Positions 22,549-33,123 of a DNA stretch of 64,000 nucleotides are shown piece by piece. Below the pieces are notes generated by a model. It was not told the origin of the DNA. It made no database searches and was given only the letters and a program-made list of their open reading frames with translations. Position 1 is the first letter of the stretch. Every line of letters starts with the position of its first letter. Made by a program: the position numbers and the translations under genes. Location of the stretch: contig JAKMXF010000321.1 of assembly GCA_024704765.1 (NCBI GenBank), positions 372,001 to 436,000 on the forward strand, in the 5' to 3' direction. Source of the DNA: Oopsacas minuta (Eukaryota; Animalia; Porifera).

Positions 22549-25500
22549 CTACTTCTCAGGTGCTGGTTGGTCTTCAGTTTTCTCGGTAGGTGGATCCATT
22601 AGGTCAGCTGGGGTTGGTTCAGCGGATGGAGCTGGAGCACCTCCCTCTACTTCTAAGTCTGGGATAGCTGTGAAAAGAAAATAATAATAATAATGATAAT
22701 AACAACAACAAAATATTGACACACAATCCAATCAACAAGTTGCTAATTCGTCAACTTGAAATTTGAATATTCAATAATACGAATAATGTGAAACCTATCA
22801 ATATCTGCCATATGGACATATTTGGGCAACAAACTACAGCAGCTATTCCCATGACATAGAATGCATACAAATTTTGTGACCATGTGGAGCCCAGGTTGGG
22901 AACCGCTGAACTACACTCTCACAATACCATTATCCATAATGGTTCCCATGTATAGCGATTATTAACAGGTCTCACTATTTGCTATAAATACATTAATTTA
23001 TTAGAGGATACAGTTAGAGAGCAGATCTTGCGAATTGTACCACCATCGGTCTCCCGTGTAGCAGATACCCATTGGTATCCTCAATCGCTCTACGCGCTAC
23101 TATGGGACTAGACAGACCAACAAATGCTTGTCCTCTCATCCTCCCTGACTGTAAGATCGTTATGACGTAACTCATACAATCCTGTTCATTACTGAAATCA
23201 ACATAACGACCATATATGTACTGCAGATCTTTCTCACTAGCCTTTTTAGCTAAATTCTTAATATAAATACGAGAAGAAGGACTGCCTATAGAGTAGCCTC
23301 CGTAGAGAGAATTTCTTTTCATTTCTGAGATTGATAATCTATCTCTGTAAAGTTCATTTTCTGATATATAACATCCTAGATACGTATCTGGTAATTTGGA
23401 ATGTTCCCGTAATGTCTGTGGAGGTGTATCTTGTCTCTGTATAGTCCCAAATGGTAGAGGAGTGTCAAAAGTAGAATACAAAGCAGAGGGGGTCTTCTCG
23501 GGAGCAGTAGACAGTATTATATCAATTTTACGCTTCTTAATCCGTGTATAATCATATAATTCATCAGTTCGTTTGGTTAGCAATCCTGATAACGATATTG
23601 GACCATGTGGTATAGGTTCGTAAGAAGCTCTTAGAGGTTCTAACTCTATCTCGCTATCACTACCATCAGGTGAAACATTCTTTTGTGTTGTCATAGCAAC
23701 AGAGGAATGTATTCCTTCAGGTACAAATGGTATAGGTAACTTCATCCTATCTATAACATGCAGAACTTGTGTATATAATTCTTCATTAGATGAGATTAGA
23801 GATGAAATGTTAGCCAGAGCATCAGGAGATATTTTGGGGTATTTGGAATTTGTATCAGATATAACAGATTCATGAACTGGCGCGGATTCAGGGGTATTTA
23901 TACTAACAAGAGATTGATCCTCTATCTTAGGGGTAGCCCATAATACGATTAATCTGGCGCCTAACACTTCTAACTGATGCAATCTATTCATAGCAAGTTT
24001 TGCTTCATTTGTGTTGATAAAGTTAGCGAAAGCAGAGCGTTTCATTTTACCGAATTTCGACATGACGTCAACGTGAATAGCTCCGAATGCTTCAAGGAAA
24101 CTAATCGTATCTTCCGTAGAGAATTGTACTGGTAAGCATTTGACAAATAATCGACAAGCTGGATTCAGATATGGCCTTACATCCATCAATCAGCTGACAC
24201 ACTCAATTAATTACAGTAAACTCGGAGTTATAACGAAGTGCTCGTATACTTCGAATAGTAGCCCCTCGCTATGGAATATAGCCAAATCCAAACACGAAAC
24301 TAGAAAACCTGAGCATAGCTATCATTCAAAGCCACAGAAGCATGATTTGACTATTGGTGAATATGTCAGTAGAGTGAAACCTCGTTAATACGAACACAAT
24401 TTTAGTCCATACAATGGATATTCAATTGTTTTTACTTCGGTTAATACGTACTCCGGATAAGGAGTACAAATCTCAAAGGTCCCTTGGTGTACGTATTAAC
24501 GAGGTTCTACTGTATTTTACAATGATATGTAGTATGTATTATAAAATTGTTCCTTGCGGAGAGGGTGGAATGGATAAAGTAGGGCAACTATTCGAGTTAA
24601 TACAGTTTCGAATAAAGGTATGGGAATGCATTAAATTTAGTTACTATAAAATATCCATGGTCCATTACAAATGTTGGCTATATAACAATGACAGTAAAAT
24701 CAATACAGTCATTTGCCCATAGCCTGATAACATTATAAATATTAAAAGATAATATTGTATACAAACCTCCATCATCACTGTCATCATCGTCATCATCTCC
24801 CATGCCATCTGGTAGATCCTAGCAACAATATGTTCATATAGGTATGTATATAACAACACACAATAACAATAAAGCAACATACCCCTAAGTTTCCAAAATC
24901 CATTCCATCCATGCCCATTCCTCCCATACCTCCCATGCCACCCATGCCACCCATACCACCCATTCCTCCCATGCCTCCCATTCCCTAAAAGAAAAATACA
25001 AGAATTAGTATAGAATAAATAGAAACAATAAAATATTGCCAAACCTCCAGGAATTTGTCAAGAAACCAAGAGAAATATTAGGAATTTCTGTGCCTTTTCC
25101 CAAATTATTGGTTAAAATTGATATTTATGGATGTAAAACTGGGAAATCAAGGTAATTTTTCGAAAATTCGGGGAAATTATGATAGCGGTTGGTAAGTATA
25201 TGCGATAAAAATAATATACAAACATACATCCATATCGTTATCTGACTCATCTTCATCTTTCCATTTAGAGAAATCTGTTTTTACAAAATGGGCCTAGAAA
25301 TATATTACAAATAAACAGCTGATTGAATTGATAGATTTATAATAATTACCTTTTGTTTGTGCTTTAGGAGTCGTACCCAATAATTCCCAACATCTTTTCG
25401 TGTTAGAACAAAGTCGAAACCCCGAGATTGTCTTGTAGCACTGCTAGTCTCTGGGACAACATCTTCAAACAAATAAAGAGTTGAATTGTGACTCTTTCCG

Positions 25501-25920
25501 TCTCCGTCAGTTGCTCTATACAATACAAATGATAGATAATTTGTTTTCGTATAATTGGAATCTATTGAAGAACTGGAGCACCCCAGGGCTGATTTTTGGC
25601 ATACAGGGGTGGGTTGGGCCTGGTTCGGACATGTTCGAGTCCAGAGGGATAATTCACACATTTATCAATTTTGGATTATCGAAAATCACATTATTTGGAA
25701 ACCTATTGTAATAGCTTACGAGAATGTAATACTGTTTGATTCTATTTTATGTTCGATGTCTTTAGCGTCAAATATTCGAGCAGTCAGTAATATCTTATCG
25801 TTTCTAGGAGCCCACTCCCAACTGAATGTAGAGCTACAAGAAATAACGATAATATTGTTGTGTGTGATTTATTGTTTATAAGTATGTTTACCTAGAAATC
25901 TGTTCATCTACTGTTGCCAT
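22549..25920 (-). CDS. PTGES3: p23 Hsp90 co-chaperone; exons 25920-25892, 25833-25720, 25515-25350, 25293-25228, 24984-24883, 24818-24767, 22667-22549
   Basis: CS domain (WAPRNDKILL...YWVRLLK...FVKTDFSKWKDEDE), GGM repeats, an acidic tail and C-terminal IPDLE (family MPDLE). All junctions are phase-compatible GT-AG. Confidence 0.85.
23014..24186 (-). CDS. RNPC3: U11/U12 snRNP 65K protein; intronless, nested on the same strand in PTGES3 intron 6
   Basis: RRM1 (LFVKCLP...RLHQLEVLG), central YTQVLHVIDRMKLPIPF, and RRM2 (RIYIKNLAK...GRMRGQAFVG...NGYLLHGRPMVVQFARS). Confidence 0.92.
   Translation of the reverse strand: MDVRPYLNPACRLFVKCLPVQFSTEDTISFLEAFGAIHVDVMSKFGKMKRSAFANFINTNEAKLAMNRLHQLEVLGARLIVLWATPKIEDQSLVSINTPESAPVHESVISDTNSKYPKISPDALANISSLISSNEELYTQVLHVIDRMKLPIPFVPEGIHSSVAMTTQKNVSPDGSDSEIELEPLRASYEPIPHGPISLSGLLTKRTDELYDYTRIKKRKIDIILSTAPEKTPSALYSTFDTPLPFGTIQRQDTPPQTLREHSKLPDTYLGCYISENELYRDRLSISEMKRNSLYGGYSIGSPSSRIYIKNLAKKASEKDLQYIYGRYVDFSNEQDCMSYVITILQSGRMRGQAFVGLSSPIVARRAIEDTNGYLLHGRPMVVQFARSAL
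24372..24512. mobile_element. MITE family C
   Basis: TIR ...AACCTCGTTAATAC / GTATTAACGAGGTT..., TA-flanked; near-identical inverted copy at 52726-52876. Confidence 0.8.
24910..24984 (-). repeat. 9-bp coding repeat, (Gly-Gly-Met) x7, in p23
   Basis: GGNGGNATG units in exon 5. Confidence 0.9.
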
Positions 25921-26449
25921 CGTGACCTAATAGCTCAGGTGAAATGATAAATAAACCACAGACCAAAATTCGAATATAAAAGCGAGAATTTGGTCAATAT
26001 TATCTCAAGTATACGGTGAGTATTGTGAATATGAAATGAGGTTAGGGGAGCATTGGTTATAAATACAACGCTATATGTATCAACTATAGAGATTTGAAAG
26101 TACTGTTTTAGCGAAAAGAAGTAGGGCGCTCCTGTTTCAGACTAAATACTGGCATGAGTCAAGAGTTCATGGTTTATGACCTCATGTCAAAAGTTTATAC
26201 CAAAGCAAAATCTATAAACTTTTTCATGATTTGAGAACACTGTTCAAATGATACGTAACAGTTCCAGAGGGGGACCGGGGATAGTACGCAAACTGTGACA
26301 GGACAGGGGGTTATGATACCTTTCTATTCAACAAAATAACACCATCCAAAAGGGTAATATTACAATAATTCTAGAGATATAATAGACCCACATATTAAAT
26401 ATCATGGTCTATATAGCTAACATAAACACGGGTGAGGAAGGGTACGCAA

Positions 26450-27262
26450 ATGGAAACGGGAGAAGACACATTCGACCCATTCAACAGCCCCCAATTACAA
26501 GGTGGAATCGTTGGAATGTTCCTCACATACTTAACATGCACACTCGTGACCATGACAACAAGACAGTTCGTAAGGGACAGAACATATAAAATGTCAATAC
26601 TCACATCAGTAAGAACGATCAATTTCCTAGCATGGTCTATAATACTATTTTTCATGAGTTCTCACATACCTGTTACATTCAACCTGGGTATAGTGTTCCT
26701 ACAGGTTGTAGCGTATGTTTGGATATTTGACCAGGTCCCATTTTCTCCCTGTGGGGTCTACAATGATTTCCTAGAGAGCCAGATAACAACCCAGCAAACA
26801 ATCATAATGCTGTTGTTACAATTTATAACAGCGCCGATTTCTATCCTGCTCGCAGACTTCTATTTATACTATTTCTTCACAAAGTCACATGCTTGGGAGG
26901 GTTGGTTTCTCCAATACAGTGAGGATCATATACAATTCCTGAATGTACCATTCTTACAGGCATTTATTATAGAAATGGTGGGACCGGGACTACTTAGCCT
27001 GACGCCTTACATTACCAAAAACAAGCTAATATACACTCTCCTCATTTCTACAGAGGTAGTAGTGCTAAGTATATTATTTGTGAGTAGAACAGGATTCTTC
27101 ATAAACCCACTAAACGCTACATTATTCCTGATCATGTACGGGAAGGAACGAAGCTATGTAGAATGGTTTATAGTGTATTGTATAGCGCCTATGTTAGGGA
27201 CATGGGTGGCTGTTAGTATTATAGGGAAGAGGCTTAAACAAGAAAAGCAGAAGTTGCCATAA
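26450..27262 (+). CDS. Unorthodox aquaporin, AQP11/12 class
   Basis: Six TM-like segments, loop motifs FSPC and TGFFINPLNA, and C-terminal YCIAPMLG (cf. AQP11/12 NPC/NPT, TGAxFNPALA, YWxGPxLG). First ATG is 26450. Confidence 0.75.
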   Translation: METGEDTFDPFNSPQLQGGIVGMFLTYLTCTLVTMTTRQFVRDRTYKMSILTSVRTINFLAWSIILFFMSSHIPVTFNLGIVFLQVVAYVWIFDQVPFSPCGVYNDFLESQITTQQTIIMLLLQFITAPISILLADFYLYYFFTKSHAWEGWFLQYSEDHIQFLNVPFLQAFIIEMVGPGLLSLTPYITKNKLIYTLLISTEVVVLSILFVSRTGFFINPLNATLFLIMYGKERSYVEWFIVYCIAPMLGTWVAVSIIGKRLKQEKQKLP

Positions 27263-28059
27263 CATAGGACTATCGTATGAGTAATTGTATTGATGCTATA
27301 GTGTGATTATTAATATAATATTTGTTTCAAAACAAGAATAAAGTGAAACCCAGAAATTTTGAATGACATTGCCAACAATAATTCTATTTAAAATGGGTAA
27401 AATGTAATAGGACCTGCAGAATTAGAGCTTTCAAGGTAGAGAGCCTCACAGAATGGTATGGAGGAAGGGAAGGGTCTGTTTCGAAGACCACAGCCAAATG
27501 AATCTCCTAAAGTGGTTGATATGCATAGCTGGGGTAAGCATACAGTGGAAAATCCAAAATTAAAACAAGTCCTTGTTAAAGTGAGACAGCCTAAAATATC
27601 TATGACAAATCCCATTAAATTGAAAGATAATAGTCGTAACACAGATGTCAGAAGTCGGGTGCACAGTATTGCAAATGCTTCGTGTAAGCCCCAATTTGTG
27701 AGGTTCTACTGATTACACCCTGACAGAAGGGGAGAGGGAGTAATGTTTCTTCCATAAAATCGACCGAAAAGTAGGGTGAGCAATCCACTAAAAAATTAAA
27801 AATAGACCAAAAGCCATTCGCCTATAAATAGATGAGATTAGTTAACCATATACATACATCTATATAACTTAGGTAAAAACACTAATAATAGATTGACGGG
27901 TAATACACAACATTAATAATCCGCAAGTCTGCATCTATATAAGATGTTCCACCATGTTGGTACATAGCTAAATTCAAAATCAACTAACTTAAATTAGTAC
28001 AGAGATTTATAGAGAATTACTAATACTACAGAGTATCCAGAATGTAAACCATATGGCCA

Positions 28060-28386
28060 CTATTTGTCTGTTTTCATTACGTCAGGAAGCTCAGGTGGGG
28101 AGGTGTATACAGCTGGCTTCTCGAAATTCTCCCACTGTCCCTCCTCTTTAAACTGCATGAATAGAGTCAGGGGCTCCTGCGGCTTGGCATTGTCAGAAGT
28201 CACTCCGTTGTCCTTCAGAGTTTTGGCATCGTCAAGTTGAGTATCATCCTTATAAATCTTTATCTCATCTGGATCTTTCTTGGCCAGGATGCCCAGAGCT
28301 TTCTTAAACTCAAGCACTGTAGCTGTCTCCTTGCTATCAATGAAGATCGTCGTTTTTTTTCGACGAATAGTTAGATATATATCCAT
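28060..28386 (-). CDS. ELOB: Elongin B
   Basis: MDIYLTIRRKKTTIFIDSKE...LDDAKTL...AKPQEP...SPPELPDVMK. Confidence 0.95.
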   Translation of the reverse strand: MDIYLTIRRKKTTIFIDSKETATVLEFKKALGILAKKDPDEIKIYKDDTQLDDAKTLKDNGVTSDNAKPQEPLTLFMQFKEEGQWENFEKPAVYTSPPELPDVMKTDK

Positions 28387-28958
28387 GTAGTATAGTAACA
28401 GGTAAGGACTAATGATATTCTACAAACTTATATTACAGAATATAAAGTACAAGCCTAATTATAGCTATATTATATTGGGTTACTGCTAGCTAATATTGTG
28501 TAATTATGTGCTAAAAATGCGTAAGAATTGCTATGTGAATTGTCAGTTAATGGATTCTAGAATAAAGCGGTACCTCCCACTGATGGCCTGATTCTCTAGC
28601 CATAAGTGTCCAATATTCAAATGTTTAACTGTAATCTTATTCGGTAAATTCTCATGATAACGAAGTGCTTGGGACCAAATTTCTTTCGTTATAAGCAAGT
28701 AAAATTAATTACTTTCAAGCTATAGGGGTAACTAATAAGTAATAACTACGCGTTATAACGGAAGTTTACTGACATAACAGTTTGTATTTATAAAAACTCA
28801 ATCACTTTCGTATGGAATTTATTGAGGAACTGGTAAGAGCTACCAACTTGAAATTAGGCATGAGTGCGGAATATAATACTCTTAAGAACAAGTTCTAAGA
28901 TCTAAGCTATTTAAACGATTTCTCTACAACTCCATCAGAAAGGTGTTAAAATGTTCTA

Positions 28959-28970
28959 CCCCCCCCCCCC
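28959..28970. repeat. C12 homopolymer
   Basis: Direct reading; intergenic between ELOB and SCYL1. Confidence 0.9.
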
Positions 28971-29123
28971 GTGATATTGTATTGGAAACGTAGATTGAGC
29001 AAGTAAGCGAAGCTTGCTTATAAAAATTATAAAAATTATTGAAATACCTTCTTGTAATTTGAGGATATTAATAAGGCAGTATATTACTCAATGCAGTATT
29101 AAAATAACAAATACAAACAAACT

Positions 29124-31232
29124 TCAGTCGCATTTTTTCACACCTCCCATACCCTTTGGCTTCCCAGCTGTTCCCCTCTTTTCACGCGCCAATTGATTTC
29201 TAAGTTTCCTTTCTTTACGTTTTCTTTCAATCTCATTATCCTTACCAACAACTTCGAAGTCTTCCCAACCATCTGCCTTACCAGATGCTACCTTAGTTAC
29301 AGATTTGTCCACAGGCATGCTTTGCCAGTCATCATTCCCCCACCCATCTCCTTCATAATCAGAAGCAGAATCAGCTTCATTACTAGCCTCCTTAACTTCA
29401 TTATTAATAGGCATAGCACCGTAATGTGTAGCTAGCTTGAGAGGGCCCTGGGATAGTTTTATTGGTTCATCTTTAGGAATTTCTGTTGGAATTTGTGGCT
29501 CTGTTTGTGTGTCGCTTGATGGTGCTACTGGCTTGGATTTATTGTATAGTCCAGATATAGATCCGATAGCCCAAGAGGCCCATGTGTTATCTCCTACTCC
29601 TGTGTCTATTGTTTGCTGCTTCAAAGCTTCAGGGTCTCCCGCTAACGAGCTAACTGTCTGAACTAAATGAGTAATAATCTCGGTTATTCTATCCCTGAAG
29701 GTTTCATCAGGATCCAGGAGATAGGGAGACAGGCTCGGTATAACGAGGTTAGCCATATCATTAGCTGTGACGTAACGTGTTCCTTCTTGTAGTCCGGACA
29801 GACAAGCCCCCCTCGCATGAGTATCAGTGTCTTTTAGCCCCCGTGTGTATGCTGAACACAGCACTTTACTACGAGTTGATTTATCCAGAAAAGGAGCAAG
29901 CTTTCCCAAACATAAATTGGTCTTATAACGTATACCGGGTTGAGCATCCATTTGGGACTTAGCTAGACACTTCAACAGATTCTGGTTAATAAGCGCAGAG
30001 GATAATTTAGGAGCTAGTACTCCTACAGCTTGAATTGTATGTTCACGTATAGGAATAGATGTATCATTAAATCCGTGTACTAGATGCGGGTATATTTGGT
30101 TAGATACCACATCTGTAGTTAGGAATGCTACATATGATGATATAGTCTGTAGTAAACTAATACGTGTGGCACGATCTGGTGATACAAACATTTTAACAAG
30201 ACACGGGACTATCTTTGTCTGGTATTCACTCTCTTCTACCTTACAACCGATTTTCAATAGAGGTTGTAACACAAGCGATTGAGCTGCACAGAAATCAAAT
30301 GCATGGACCAACATAGGAAGAGCTTTATGCCTACAAAATCCAGGTTCTAGCCAATCAGATTTATCTGTTATAGTCTCGTATAGAGTTTGCCTCTGATCAG
30401 CTGACAGAATTTGTATCTCTTCTATCCATTTGTTAACTTTAACATACCAGCTGTTGAAATAACCCTCTGGTTCTTCTCCTCTTTCAAGGAAAGCTCTGAT
30501 ACTCAATCTGTTCCCGGGCCTAGGATTGAGGAGGTGAGAAGTGAGAGAAGCGAGTTGAGAAGGGATTGTCCCGAGGTTCTTGAGCTGACCCGGTCGACTT
30601 AAAGCACCGTTATGTACCTCCCAAACTATACAACCTAGCCCCCATGCATCTATGAGATGTTGTGTTGTACGTCCTGTGGAATTTGTCACTTCTGGAGGTG
30701 AGAAAACTTCATTCTTAGGTAAGGTCTCAAGCAATTCCGGGGAGAACTTTGAAAAATACTCAAAACCTCCCAATTTCCAATCAAGGCCAGGACTCACGAA
30801 TAAGGATTTCAAACCGAGATCACCAACAACAGAGTTACAATCTTCATTCAAGAAAGCAAGTACTTTAGCTATAGAATATATTCCATAGCAATTTACAATA
30901 CTAGAATCATTCAAAGCTATCGAAAGAGGTAAAACAGGTTCTGTGATTAAAAATATAAATTCTGGATTCTCACTAGAATCTATGTATCTTAGAATATTTG
31001 GATGTTTCAAAGTTTTGAGTTTTTGAATTGTGTTTTTTGCAAAAATAATCTGAGAAGGAGACTTCGTTTTTAAATCACAAACGAATATTGACAATTCTTC
31101 TTTTGTCTGTTTCTTCACTCCAGAATGTAGGATCCATAAACTTAACTTATCTGAGATAACATCCATCATTTCGTACCCTGGGGGACCTGTTGAACCCTGA
31201 CCCCATAAATATGAGGATACTTTAGAAAACAT
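29124..31232 (-). CDS. SCYL1: SCY1-like pseudokinase with HEAT repeats
   Basis: LKTLKHPNILRY, WKLGGFEY, DAWGLGC, HEAT region DRATRISLL...HGFNDT...IREHT, and a C-terminal dilysine KKCD (COPI-binding type). Intronless. Confidence 0.92.
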   Translation of the reverse strand: MFSKVSSYLWGQGSTGPPGYEMMDVISDKLSLWILHSGVKKQTKEELSIFVCDLKTKSPSQIIFAKNTIQKLKTLKHPNILRYIDSSENPEFIFLITEPVLPLSIALNDSSIVNCYGIYSIAKVLAFLNEDCNSVVGDLGLKSLFVSPGLDWKLGGFEYFSKFSPELLETLPKNEVFSPPEVTNSTGRTTQHLIDAWGLGCIVWEVHNGALSRPGQLKNLGTIPSQLASLTSHLLNPRPGNRLSIRAFLERGEEPEGYFNSWYVKVNKWIEEIQILSADQRQTLYETITDKSDWLEPGFCRHKALPMLVHAFDFCAAQSLVLQPLLKIGCKVEESEYQTKIVPCLVKMFVSPDRATRISLLQTISSYVAFLTTDVVSNQIYPHLVHGFNDTSIPIREHTIQAVGVLAPKLSSALINQNLLKCLAKSQMDAQPGIRYKTNLCLGKLAPFLDKSTRSKVLCSAYTRGLKDTDTHARGACLSGLQEGTRYVTANDMANLVIPSLSPYLLDPDETFRDRITEIITHLVQTVSSLAGDPEALKQQTIDTGVGDNTWASWAIGSISGLYNKSKPVAPSSDTQTEPQIPTEIPKDEPIKLSQGPLKLATHYGAMPINNEVKEASNEADSASDYEGDGWGNDDWQSMPVDKSVTKVASGKADGWEDFEVVGKDNEIERKRKERKLRNQLAREKRGTAGKPKGMGGVKKCD

Positions 31233-31601
31233 TCTAGGAGAGTGTTAATTAGTTTATATCATAAATAATAGCATAATATAACTGCCATAAACGGTATCTA
31301 TGTAAATGGGGAACTTCTGGGAACAGAGTGAAAATAAATAGAGCGAATTACTACTCCCATACAAATGAACCTCATTTTTCGGCGTCCCTGACACCCGTTT
31401 GTGGATAGGGCCAGTAATTGGACACTTAACGTGATTCTGATCCCATAAAATAGCCAAATTACATAAAATCAATAATAATTAATGCATTCAGTGAATCTGT
31501 TAGAATGTATGAAACTAACAAATACAGAAATAATACCAATAATAACAAGTGACATATAACTCACACATCCATGCAAATTTAATGAATGACCAGCATCAGC
31601 T

Positions 31602-31976
31602 CTACAGTATAGAACACGTACATGAACAACAGGATCCCATATGATAACGCTTAGTACTATGAACTGGCATAATCAGGTCTAGATCCTCATCATCTGATAG
31701 GTCATCTATGACGTAGGTACGATCACCGTTAGATTTATTCTTCAGGTTAGTACGTCCATATCTAGCAGCTATATAAGTCCCCCGATGGAAGAAAGGTTCT
31801 TCATCGCTTTCAGAGCTATGCTTAACCAGAGGTTTCTGGTCTTCACTCACTCGTTTCAGTTTGTGAGGTCTCCCAGGGCTGAGGTTGTTATGTCTGTGAT
31901 AACCGTATTTCTGTTTGGGTTTAGGTTTTATCGTTAATGTTTTAGTCTTTGTTGTGGTCTGTGTTACTGTAGCCAT
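31602..31976 (-). CDS. FAM219: FAM219-family protein with C-terminal Cys cluster and CaaX (CSIL)
   Basis: KPLVKHSSESDEE and IDDLSDDEDLDLIMP resemble FAM219 KPLV..D.DSDDD and LDEIPDDEDLDLIPP. Confidence 0.72.
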   Translation of the reverse strand: MATVTQTTTKTKTLTIKPKPKQKYGYHRHNNLSPGRPHKLKRVSEDQKPLVKHSSESDEEPFFHRGTYIAARYGRTNLKNKSNGDRTYVIDDLSDDEDLDLIMPVHSTKRYHMGSCCSCTCSIL

Positions 31977-32201
31977 TCAATATCTAATTTAGTTAAAGTG
32001 CAGTGTACCAATGTGTTGGAAAGTATTCCTGTCTAAAATGGGCAAAAATGCAGCACAATATTAACAGGCTCGATATTAACCACGCTATTGTGCTAGTAAG
32101 CTCCATATACGTACAGATTAACGCATGTATTCTTATCTTTACAGTTTACATAAAACGCAATAGTTCGCAAATATGGGATATAACTAGATAATACTCTAGA
32201 A

Positions 32202-32325
32202 CAGTGGTTCCAAAAATGACCCTCTAGTTGTCTCAAAATTATATTGCAGTCCATGGAAGGGGGTCACAGAATTTGTTAAATTTGGTAAAGAGAGTACCCC
32301 GGGTGAAAAAGGCTGGGAAGCACTG
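32202..32325. mobile_element. hAT/Charlie-type MITE family D
   Basis: CAGTGGTTCC...GGGAAGCACTG with 8-bp TSD CTCTAGAA/TTCTAGAA (NTCTAGAN type). Relatives at 138-250, about 16933-17050, 22119-22238, 35715-35846, 39408-39510 and 47326-47459. Confidence 0.75.
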
Positions 32326-32383
32326 TTCTAGAATTTGCGTATAATTATTGTTAGAAGCAATTATTTATTGAATTTTTATTGAA

Positions 32384-32641
32384 TTAATCCTCCATATTCT
32401 CAGGAGGGAGTCCACAAGGTTGAAGCATCTTCTTCAAAAACTCAAACTTTATCCTAGCTTTACTTTCATTCTCAACAATAGCAAAATAATCCAATAGATT
32501 ATGATGTCCTATGTAAGAAGCAAATGTATCTCTATGCTGATTAGTTAACCATTCATATTGCTGTACATCTGAGTGACCTGTTCCTGTGTATTTAGACTGA
32601 AGATGTTCGAGTTGGGAGAATATATTGTGTCGATCTGCCAT
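32384..32641 (-). CDS. SF3B5: Splicing factor 3B subunit 5
   Basis: MADRHNIFSQLEHLQSKYTGTGH...EWLTNQHRD...MLQPCGLPPE. True ATG is 32641. Confidence 0.96.
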   Translation of the reverse strand: MADRHNIFSQLEHLQSKYTGTGHSDVQQYEWLTNQHRDTFASYIGHHNLLDYFAIVENESKARIKFEFLKKMLQPCGLPPENMED

Positions 32642-32864
32642 GCTATGTACTGAATATATTGTTATTAGAATCAACAACGGTTTGTAGTAACAAAATTAAA
32701 ATTCGCCTATTAGCAACAGTTTTAGAGTGTAATTTTGCTTTGTAAATAGTTAGCCTAATTGCAAATCCGTGCATTCGCAAGGAAGGTTCATGTAAAATAC
32801 GATTTACTAATAGGCGAACTCCACTGCATGTGCCAATTGCCAAGTCCCTTTCCTAAAGGGTATA

Positions 32865-32946
32865 CAGTGAAACCTCCACAAAAGAGGCCTGTAACGGGGT
32901 AGCATTTTTCGGCGTCTCAGGCACCCCGTTTGTGGAGGTTACATTG
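32865..32946. mobile_element. MITE family A, internally deleted
   Basis: TA|CAGTGAAACCTCCACAAA...TTTGTGGAGGTTACATTG|TA. Confidence 0.7.
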
Positions 32947-33123
32947 TAATCCATTTGTGCTTGCCCTATGTCTAGTCACTTCACCAGTCCAATAATTATC
33001 AGAAATAATACTCAAATAAATAATATCAATCAAATAGCAATATTTATAAATCTAGCTGTATTAGAATATAAACAAACCGCAAAGCTGATAACTATTAAAT
33101 GATATAAATACCTGCTTAACCAG

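Noticed and set aside
24414-24722. ORF sharing a peptide (MD.QLFLLRLI.TPDKEYKSQRSLG) with ORF 52582-52824
   Set aside because: The similarity comes from two copies of MITE family C, not from a protein family.
27388-27712. Two 84-aa ORFs between the aquaporin and ELOB
   Set aside because: No homology was recognised, and the region overlaps a degenerate CAGT-ended element (about 27543-27711).
29193-30888. Plus-strand 60-80 aa ORFs opposite SCYL1, and similar short antisense ORFs opposite NHL, GK, PSEN, UBE4B and INPP5B
   Set aside because: They are antisense shadows of long coding regions with no independent coding signal.
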